Below, in pieces: positions 44,795 to 52,585 of a stretch of DNA of 64,000 nucleotides. Position 1 is the first letter of the stretch. Every line of letters starts with the position of its first letter. This DNA is from a virus. Where the stretch lies: the IMG/VR virus record IMGVR_UViG_3300033182_000487, positions 49,149 through 113,148 of that record; one strand, 5' to 3'. The translations under genes were made by a program, and so were the position numbers. The notes beneath the pieces are model-generated. The model did no database searches. It was not told the DNA's origin and was given only the letters and a program-made list of their open reading frames with translations.

Positions 44795-47176
44795 ATGTCG
44801 TTTGGGCCCTCAGCACGAAGGGTAGCCCGCCGTAAGCAGGCGGACGCGGACCACGCCACCTCCATCGCTCTGATGAAGTGGCTGTCGAAGCAGACAAAGA
44901 GTCTGGGGATCGCGCAGCACGTCTACATCGTGGGCGGTGCGGTGCGGAACTTCGTGCTGGACCAGCCCATCAAAGACATCGACATGGTGGTGGACTCGCT
45001 CGCCCTGCGGGGCAACCGCGACTCCGAGTGGGTGGCACAGCGCCTCGCCCAGCGGATTCCCGGCTCCGCGATGCCGAAGATCCACACCTCCAACCTGGGG
45101 GTGTCCACCATCAAGATCACAGGCGACTGGCTGCTCGACGGCAACCAGATGAAAGGCAAGGACATCGACATCGCGAACGCCCGTGAGGAGGAGTACGCGG
45201 TGGACCCCGCGACGGGCGAGTACACCGGACACAAGCCCATCAAGGTGAGCCCGACCACGATGGAGATCGACGTCTCCCGCCGTGAGTTCACGTTCAACAC
45301 GCTCATGTGGTCGCTGATGTCGGTCGCCGACGGCCCCGACAAGGCTGAAATCATCGACATCACTGGCTGCGGTCTGCGCGACTTGAAGAACCGCGAGATG
45401 CGCTGCCCCAGCGATCCCGACGAGACGTTCGCGCAAGACCCCACCCGGATCATCCGCACCATCAAGTTCGCCTTCAAGTACGGCATGAAGTTGCCACCCG
45501 ACGTGAAGGCCGCAGCGAAGCGGCAGGCGAAAGGGCTCAAGCGCATCCCGTCGAAGGCGTGGACCGTGCTCCAGACCATCGTGTTCGACAACCCTCAGTA
45601 CAAGAAGGCCCTCGACGTCATGGCTGACCTCGGGGTCACGGACGTGCTGGCCGAGATGATGCAGTCGGACAAGCAGTTCCGCTCCACCCTGGGCAAGTAC
45701 TCCCAGGGCCGGGGGTTGGCCTACATGTTCGACCTGATGGACGTGGGCATTCCCGTTGACGAGCCCTTGAAGTTCCTCGACGCGGACCAGCGGAAGCGTC
45801 TCCGAGAGGTCACGACGGGCATGGACCGCGATGACGCGATGGCCTACCTGGAGGCGTTGAAGAACCCCGGCAAGGTCTACGACCGCAAGTTCATCCCCAC
45901 CCTTGCCAACAGCCTCGGCTACGGCGGCAAGCAGATGCGGAACTTCATGCAGACGGTCACCCCGCTTGGCCGGGAAGCCCTGCTGCGTGACCCCAGCCTC
46001 AAGGACAACCCGTCGGCACTGATGCGCGAGGTCGAGCAGGCTGCGAAGCGAGCCCTCCCTACTCGGGTGGCGATGCGGTGGGCCTCCGAGAACGAGCCTA
46101 CTGACCCTGGCCTGTGGGCGAAGGTGCAGGCCCTCGCCAAGGGTGAGCAGAAGTCCATGACCCACGACGGCAAGACCATCGAGGCTCCCAACGACGGTGC
46201 GGGCTTCAAGGTGTTCCCGAGCGCCTACGCCAACGGCTGGGCGAGCAAGACCTACGGTGATCTCGGCGGCGGCTGGAAGAAAAAGGCTTCCGCATCTCGC
46301 ATCGCTGATGCGTGGGGTCCGATGCTCCGTGAGGCACGCAGCCAGAACCCCTATGCCACTGATTTCGGGGGTAGTTGGACCATCAAGTTCGACGTTGGAC
46401 GGATGGAGCCTCTGCTCTGGACACCTTCTGGGTTCAAGGATTCCCGCAAACTGGACTACACGCGCTCGTCACGCAGTCCGAAGGACTTCCGTACACAGGC
46501 GGAAGCCAACCGTGAGATCCAGACAGAGGTGTTGGACTTCATCCGAGACTACAGGTCAGATCAAGCAGACCTGATTCGTGGGTGGGGTTCTCGTACCGCT
46601 CGCGGCAAGGCGAAGAAGGACGTGGGCCACGGCGGGCTGGACGAGTGGTTTAGCGGCCACGGCGGGGCCAAGGGGAAGGGCGAAGGTGCTACCTGGGGTG
46701 ACTGGGTGGCCATCTCCCCCGTGACGAAGACCCTCGACTCTGGGAAGAAGGTCGAGAAGGGCGACATCGTGGGCGACTGCGGCATCTCCGATGACCCCGA
46801 CTGGAAGGAGATCACGAAGGGCGGCAAGGATCCGCTCAAGTGTATGCCTCGCCAGAAGGCCCACGACATGCCGAAGGCCGAGCGCGCCGAGAAGGCGAAA
46901 GCGAAGCAAAGGGCCGAGAAGGCTGACTCCAACCGGGGCAAGAAGCCAACCATGACCCCGACCTTCCAGAAAGAGAAGGGCAAGAAGAAGGCGTCTTCAG
47001 ATTGGTACTACCCGTGGGATGTGGCGAGCGGCTGCATCTGGGGGTCGGGCGCGTTCAAGTCCGTTGAGCCTGTCGAGACCTGTGGCGTTGAGAAGTCAGC
47101 GACGGTGCAGCGCATCCAGATGAAGCGGGAAGCCTCCGCACGGCTCCGCGCTGCGTGGCGAGGCGACCGTGGCTGA
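44795..47176 (+). CDS. CCA-adding/poly(A) polymerase-family nucleotidyltransferase fused to extra modules
   Basis: VYIVGGAVRN, KDIDM, SRREFTFN, QDPTRIIR; then PSAYANGW and GLDEWF modules. Confidence 0.85.
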   Translation: MSFGPSARRVARRKQADADHATSIALMKWLSKQTKSLGIAQHVYIVGGAVRNFVLDQPIKDIDMVVDSLALRGNRDSEWVAQRLAQRIPGSAMPKIHTSNLGVSTIKITGDWLLDGNQMKGKDIDIANAREEEYAVDPATGEYTGHKPIKVSPTTMEIDVSRREFTFNTLMWSLMSVADGPDKAEIIDITGCGLRDLKNREMRCPSDPDETFAQDPTRIIRTIKFAFKYGMKLPPDVKAAAKRQAKGLKRIPSKAWTVLQTIVFDNPQYKKALDVMADLGVTDVLAEMMQSDKQFRSTLGKYSQGRGLAYMFDLMDVGIPVDEPLKFLDADQRKRLREVTTGMDRDDAMAYLEALKNPGKVYDRKFIPTLANSLGYGGKQMRNFMQTVTPLGREALLRDPSLKDNPSALMREVEQAAKRALPTRVAMRWASENEPTDPGLWAKVQALAKGEQKSMTHDGKTIEAPNDGAGFKVFPSAYANGWASKTYGDLGGGWKKKASASRIADAWGPMLREARSQNPYATDFGGSWTIKFDVGRMEPLLWTPSGFKDSRKLDYTRSSRSPKDFRTQAEANREIQTEVLDFIRDYRSDQADLIRGWGSRTARGKAKKDVGHGGLDEWFSGHGGAKGKGEGATWGDWVAISPVTKTLDSGKKVEKGDIVGDCGISDDPDWKEITKGGKDPLKCMPRQKAHDMPKAERAEKAKAKQRAEKADSNRGKKPTMTPTFQKEKGKKKASSDWYYPWDVASGCIWGSGAFKSVEPVETCGVEKSATVQRIQMKREASARLRAAWRGDRG

Positions 47177-50100
47177 CCCGAAGCGCCTGGCAACCCTCCA
47201 CAAGCAGGGGGGCATCTACAAGCCGATGTCGGAGATCACGCCCGGCACTCAGGACTTGCTCGATTCGCCGACCCCGGCGTGGCTGGACCGCGACTACCCC
47301 TACGTCGCCCCTCCCGGAGAGGAGCACACGCTCCAGGAACTCAACTACCTCGTCTCGCTGATCCCGCTCCGTGAGAAGTGGGGCCCCTTCATCAAGGCTG
47401 CCGACGAGGACGTGGCAGGTCTGTTCGTGACTCTGTGCTCCGAGTTGGGTGCTCCCTGTGATCCTGATGCGCTCCATGAGATGGCCGACGAGGCCGCCAT
47501 CCTGATCACGAAGTTGAAGTGGCTCTACAACAGGCCGCGCCCCTACCAGATCGCCGAGAAGCACCAGCGCCTTGAAGGACAGGGCAGCGTGTGGCGACCC
47601 GGCGATTTCCCCGTCATGGGCACCGCGTCCGCGCACTCCCCGGCGTACCCGAGCGGCCACACCATCCAGTCGTTCCTGTTCGCTTCCCGACTGAGCGAGA
47701 CGTCCCCGCAGCACCGCAAGGCGTTCATGGACCTCGCCGAGAAGGTGTCCTTCTCCCGAGCCGTCGGCGGCTACCACTGGCCGTCTGACCTCGCGTTCGG
47801 CAAGGACATCTTCCGCCACATCGTCATGCCCCTGATGCCCTCGGCGGTCCGTGTGGCAAAGACCTTCACGGTGAACAAAGGCGACCCCATCTGGTACGGC
47901 AAGTACCAGAACAAGCGTGGGATCATCGACGGATTCAGCACCAACGACAAGGGCGACACCCTCATCACCGTCGAGCAGGTGCCCAACGAGTCTGGGCGCA
48001 AGCAGCCGAAGGAGATGAAACTGTTCAAGGTGCGCCCCCGCAAGGTCGAGGAGAAGAAGGCCGGGGGATCACGGACGCTCTACTACGTCGGCAAGCGCCC
48101 GGCACAGCCGAAGCCGAAGCGCGCCGAGTGGCGTCAACGAGGCCAGGACACTCCCGACTGGGTGCGTCCGTGGCTCGACGCCCCTGTGTCGAAGGGTGTC
48201 TTCCTGACCTCCAACCCGTTCCTCGTCGCTCCGAAGCACGGTGTGTTCGGGCACGTCTACGCCTACGAGGTTCCCCAGTGGGTCATCAAGGAGGCCAAGG
48301 GCATCCACCGCAAGGACGGGGCCAGCGAGGTCTTGATCCCCGAGCCGCTGTGGGAGCATGTGAAGTTCAAGGGCAAGTCCATGAGCCAGGACGACTTCCT
48401 GGACCAGGTCTACGGCAGCGACGACGCCGCCTTCACCCGGTCGCGGGGGAACAGGTACAGGACAAAGGCGGACTGGGAGGCCAGCAGGATGGCGTCTGTC
48501 CCGAAGAAGTACGAGCACATCGACTTCAAGCCCCCGGAGGGCGTGGCAAACGCCGCCGCGAAGGGGCTGGAACTGCGCCAGAAGGCCAGTCCGTCGAACC
48601 GTGGTGGCCTGACCCCAGCCGAAGCCAGCAAGCAGGGCATCGGCTCCGGCGTCCAGCGAGCGGTGAACCTCAAGAACCGTGATCCTGTCTCGCCGAAGGT
48701 CATCAAGCAGATGAAGGGCTTCCTCTCGCGCTCCGAGAAGTCCAGCGAGATCAGTGCGGAGAACCGGGGAACACCGTGGAACGACAAGGGCTACGTCGCG
48801 TGGCTGTTGTGGGGCGGTGATCCCGCGAAGGCGTGGGTCGAGAAGGTCATCAAGCAGATGGACGCCGCCGACGAGAAGGAGAAGCAGTCGAAGCAGGCTG
48901 CGGTCCGTTCGGCTGCGTCGAAGGCCCTGTCCAAAAAGGAAGTCCCGAAGGCGGATGGGAAGGGCACCACGACCGTCTACGAGTACGGCCCCCGCCAGGT
49001 GGCCGAGCGCCACAGGGAGAAGGCCGTCCGCATCGAGGCCCTCCGCAAGAAGATGGCCGACCTGCGCCAGAAGGCTCGTGGTGATCTCACCGCGAGTGAC
49101 CCTGAGACCAGGCTCACCGCGTTGGCGGTGTGCCTGATGGACGAGACCTACGAGCGCGTGGGCAACGAGAAATCCGCAAAGGACGGGCACTACGGGGTCA
49201 CCAACTGGACGGCGGACCACATCACGCTGTCGGACAAGGCGGCGACCATCCGGTACACCGGGAAGTCCGGCGTCAAGCACGAGAAGAAGGTCACCAACGC
49301 CCGTGTGCTCTCGGCACTCCGCAAGGCCCTCAAGGGCAAGGGCAAGGGCGACAAGGTGCTCTGCGACGGGGACGAGTGCTCGATCCTCGCCAAGGACGTG
49401 AACGCCTACCTCAAGCCCTACGGGATCACGGCGAAGGACATCCGTGGGCTCCACGCCAACGAGGAGATGAAGCACCACCTCAAGGCCCAGCGCAAGGCGG
49501 GTCCGGCTGACCTCCCGCACTCGCGCAAGGAGAAGGACCAGATCCTCAAGGCCGAGTTCCAGGCTGCGCTTGATCTCGCTGCTGCCGCTGTGGGCCACGA
49601 GGCTTCCACACTACGCAGTCAATACCTCGTACCCAGTATGGAAGCGTCCTACACACATGACGGCACGGTGCTCGACCGGCTCGACAAGAAGGCCACCCTC
49701 TCCGACTCCGAGAAGGAGGACCGGGAGACCGAGCGCCTGGTCCGCCGGTCTCCGAAGAAGAAGCCGCCTCGTCGTGACAAGGAGCGGGGCCGGATCGAGG
49801 GCGTCGAGGATGACCCCGACCCCGACGAGAAGCAGGACCAGAAGGATCGGTCGAACAACTACAAGGATGCGGCTGCCCGGCTCGCCCTGCGGTATCTGAC
49901 CGCAGGTGCAGCGAAGTCGAAGCGCCGCCGGAACAGGCCCCCCTCGGAACGCGAACTCGCCCGACGGAAGCAGCAGTCCGACGCCGCGAAGGCAAAGAAC
50001 CCGAAGCGCAAGGCCCCGCCGAAACTCAAGGAGGCTCCCGCCCCGAGCGGTGACCGTGAGGAACGCAAAGTCGGAGACGTCTGGGAAGGCAAGGACGGCA

Positions 50101-51458
50101 AGTGGTCTGCGAAGGGCGACGACGGCGTGCAGCGTGGCTTTGCGTCCCAGGACGCCGCGAAGGCGTGGTTGTCGGGCGGTCCGAAGCCGGGCGAGTCCGA
50201 TGCCCCGGAGTCGTCGAAGCCCCCGAAGACGGAGGAGCAGCAGGCCGTAGCGAAGATCAACGCGATGGTCGAGAAGTTGACCGCTGAGTCGAGCGAGGTG
50301 CTGCACAACCTGGACACCCAGACCCTGGGTGCCGTGGAGGAGGCGCTGGGCGACATCGCCGCACGGGTCACCGATATGGCCCTCAAGGCATTCTCCGTCA
50401 AGCAGTTGGAGGAGCAGGCACGGTTCGCCGAGTCTGTGCTACGCCGGGATGGGGAGCCCCCTACCCCGGCTGAGATCGCCAATGCGCTGCTCACGCTCCG
50501 GGCTAAGGAAGTCCGCAACGACCCCTTGCTCCTGGACCCGAAGAACCCCATCAGGAACCTGCCAAAGGAGCCGCTGGACTTGAAGGGGGACGCCCACAAG
50601 AAGCACATGAGCCAGATGGGTGACGCCTCCGTGAGGGCCATGTACGAGTACAGGGAGATGCCGAAGGACGACCGTGACGCCCACCGCGAAGGTCTCCGCA
50701 AGCACATGGAGGAGTTGGAGAAGGAAGGCGCGACTGACACCGAGCAGTACCACATGACCCTGGCTCAGTTGCGAGGGCTCCAGGTGGCTTCTGCCATGGA
50801 GGACGGAGACCAGGCCGTTGGGATCAGCCCGACCTTCCAGGTCATGCTCAAGGCTGCCGAGTCACAGGGTCAGGACGTGCTCAAGCAGTTCGTCAAACTC
50901 AACCTCACAGGTGCTGCGGAAGGGGACGTCCCTGCACAGCAGCAGTTCCGGCAGGTGCTCCGAGACACCGATCCGCAAGCACTGGCGAGAATCCTCCCCG
51001 AGGATCACCCGGCATACGAGGCCATCCAGGCGCTCACCGGAAACCATCTGGAGAACAGCAAGCAGAAGGCGCTCTGGATGAAGCACATGGACTCCGAGTC
51101 CCAGGAGATGATCCAGACCCTCATGGAAGATCTGGTCATGGATGACCTCATGTTCACGGACATGGACCTGGTTCGTGGTGGCATGGAGGTCGGGGACATC
51201 AAGGGGAAGGGCAAGAAGAAGCGCATGGAGCGCAGACGCAAGTTGGAGGACAAGAGCACCTCCGTCATGGCCCAGGTGATGGCGAAGGCGAAGGAGAAGG
51301 GGAACAACACCCTCTACACGCTGTCCTCCGGTTACTTCGGCAAGAAGACCAACTCCGGTCAGAAGCGCCCCACCAGCGGCAAGCCCCCTTCCAGTGGCAA
51401 GAAGGCATCCCCCGATCCGCTTTACGCTTACGACTTTCAACCCTGGGGGGCCCTGTGA
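47169..51458 (+). CDS. Multi-domain protein: PAP2 phosphatase/haloperoxidase + small modules + type IB topoisomerase + C-terminal region
   Basis: KWLYNRPRP, YPSGH, SRAVGGYHWPSD; ERVGNE...HYG, GKSGV, TAKDIR, VGH...RSQY. Confidence 0.8.
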   Translation: MADPKRLATLHKQGGIYKPMSEITPGTQDLLDSPTPAWLDRDYPYVAPPGEEHTLQELNYLVSLIPLREKWGPFIKAADEDVAGLFVTLCSELGAPCDPDALHEMADEAAILITKLKWLYNRPRPYQIAEKHQRLEGQGSVWRPGDFPVMGTASAHSPAYPSGHTIQSFLFASRLSETSPQHRKAFMDLAEKVSFSRAVGGYHWPSDLAFGKDIFRHIVMPLMPSAVRVAKTFTVNKGDPIWYGKYQNKRGIIDGFSTNDKGDTLITVEQVPNESGRKQPKEMKLFKVRPRKVEEKKAGGSRTLYYVGKRPAQPKPKRAEWRQRGQDTPDWVRPWLDAPVSKGVFLTSNPFLVAPKHGVFGHVYAYEVPQWVIKEAKGIHRKDGASEVLIPEPLWEHVKFKGKSMSQDDFLDQVYGSDDAAFTRSRGNRYRTKADWEASRMASVPKKYEHIDFKPPEGVANAAAKGLELRQKASPSNRGGLTPAEASKQGIGSGVQRAVNLKNRDPVSPKVIKQMKGFLSRSEKSSEISAENRGTPWNDKGYVAWLLWGGDPAKAWVEKVIKQMDAADEKEKQSKQAAVRSAASKALSKKEVPKADGKGTTTVYEYGPRQVAERHREKAVRIEALRKKMADLRQKARGDLTASDPETRLTALAVCLMDETYERVGNEKSAKDGHYGVTNWTADHITLSDKAATIRYTGKSGVKHEKKVTNARVLSALRKALKGKGKGDKVLCDGDECSILAKDVNAYLKPYGITAKDIRGLHANEEMKHHLKAQRKAGPADLPHSRKEKDQILKAEFQAALDLAAAAVGHEASTLRSQYLVPSMEASYTHDGTVLDRLDKKATLSDSEKEDRETERLVRRSPKKKPPRRDKERGRIEGVEDDPDPDEKQDQKDRSNNYKDAAARLALRYLTAGAAKSKRRRNRPPSERELARRKQQSDAAKAKNPKRKAPPKLKEAPAPSGDREERKVGDVWEGKDGKWSAKGDDGVQRGFASQDAAKAWLSGGPKPGESDAPESSKPPKTEEQQAVAKINAMVEKLTAESSEVLHNLDTQTLGAVEEALGDIAARVTDMALKAFSVKQLEEQARFAESVLRRDGEPPTPAEIANALLTLRAKEVRNDPLLLDPKNPIRNLPKEPLDLKGDAHKKHMSQMGDASVRAMYEYREMPKDDRDAHREGLRKHMEELEKEGATDTEQYHMTLAQLRGLQVASAMEDGDQAVGISPTFQVMLKAAESQGQDVLKQFVKLNLTGAAEGDVPAQQQFRQVLRDTDPQALARILPEDHPAYEAIQALTGNHLENSKQKALWMKHMDSESQEMIQTLMEDLVMDDLMFTDMDLVRGGMEVGDIKGKGKKKRMERRRKLEDKSTSVMAQVMAKAKEKGNNTLYTLSSGYFGKKTNSGQKRPTSGKPPSSGKKASPDPLYAYDFQPWGAL

Positions 51459-51481
51459 CCCCTCAGAATGGAAATCCTCCC

Positions 51482-51496
51482 CGGTAGGGTTTCTAT
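51482..51496 (+). promoter_or_regulatory. Class II motif CGGTAG-N5-CTAT
   Basis: Exact consensus upstream of the head operon. Confidence 0.75.
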
Positions 51497-51566
51497 ACTG
51501 ACACCCTATGGGTAGGACTTGTAGTGCAAGCCCTGCACCGGGAACCCACACCTTTCGGAGAAAACC

Positions 51567-52001
51567 ATGTCCAGACTGACCCGACGGGGAGCACGCAACC
51601 TGACTGCTACCCTCGACCGCATCGCTTCCACCGTGCAGGAGAACCCCGCTCTCCTCGGCATTGACCCCAAGATCGCAAAGGACTTCGCGTACCGCTGCGA
51701 CCTGATCTCGGACGCCGTTGAGCGTACCGCCGTCGCCAACTTCCCGAAGCAGGCCGACGAGAACAGCGCCATTCCCAGTGCTGGCGGTGACTACGAGGTC
51801 GCGAAGCCCGGCATCGAGAAGGAGATCGGCGCTGAGGTCAAGGGCCCCACCTACGAGGAAGACCCCTCGGACGGTGAGGACATCAAGGGCCACTTCACGC
51901 AGGCCGACTTCCACCAGTTGACCGAACTGGCTGAGAAGTTGAAGACTGCTGCCCAGAGCATCACGGTCGTCAACGATCACGGATTCAACCTCACCAAGTA
52001 G
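51567..52001 (+). CDS. Hypothetical head-region protein
   Basis: GGAG RBS; RIA/RTA/KQA/KTA motifs. Confidence 0.65.
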   Translation: MSRLTRRGARNLTATLDRIASTVQENPALLGIDPKIAKDFAYRCDLISDAVERTAVANFPKQADENSAIPSAGGDYEVAKPGIEKEIGAEVKGPTYEEDPSDGEDIKGHFTQADFHQLTELAEKLKTAAQSITVVNDHGFNLTK

Positions 52002-52009
52002 GAGGCACC

Positions 52010-52585
52010 GTGCGTCGGTTTGCCGAAAACTACGTCAACTACCAAGAGCGGGCCACCGAGTACTCCGTCGGAGACGTCGTGGTGCCGTTTGGTTTGTGGG
52101 ATTCCCAGAGCGGTCGAGTCACGGCTGTCTGGCCCGCTATTGGTATGGTGGACGTAGAGTTCCCGTCCGGCAACGCACGCTTCCCTGTTGAGGAACTCCA
52201 GCGTATGGGCGCTGATGGGCAAGCAGAGCCCCCCAGAACGGACTCGGCTCCGGGCGGGGGAGGCTCTGTCTCTGTTCCCGGCGGCCCGTACCCGGACAAG
52301 AAGAAGTCCGCCAACCGTGTGGCACAGGCGTTCGTCAAGCAGTCCCTTTACTGGGCGCAGAAGGATCGCCAGTACCGCATGACCCGCCCCGAGGTCAGTG
52401 CAGGACATCCCAACTGCCCTCGCTGTGATCACGGCCCTCTGAGCCGGACGGTCTACAAGCGCCGGGACGGCACCTCCGACCACCTTCTCGGGTGCAAGGG
52501 CTGCATGTTCCTGATCAAGGACGCCGACATCGTGAACTTCGGACCTGTAAGCGCCGAGGAGATCGAGATCGAGGGGCAGGACTGA
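52010..52585 (+). CDS. Hypothetical protein (SH3-like + RVAQAF tag + Zn ribbon)
   Basis: AGGAGG RBS; CPRC...CKGC. Confidence 0.65.
   Translation: MRRFAENYVNYQERATEYSVGDVVVPFGLWDSQSGRVTAVWPAIGMVDVEFPSGNARFPVEELQRMGADGQAEPPRTDSAPGGGGSVSVPGGPYPDKKKSANRVAQAFVKQSLYWAQKDRQYRMTRPEVSAGHPNCPRCDHGPLSRTVYKRRDGTSDHLLGCKGCMFLIKDADIVNFGPVSAEEIEIEGQD

Noticed and set aside
11098-51496. CGGTAG-N5-CTAT copies as CRISPR or transposon-end repeats
   Set aside because: Dispersed single copies with fixed orientation and distance to start codons; no array and no transposase.
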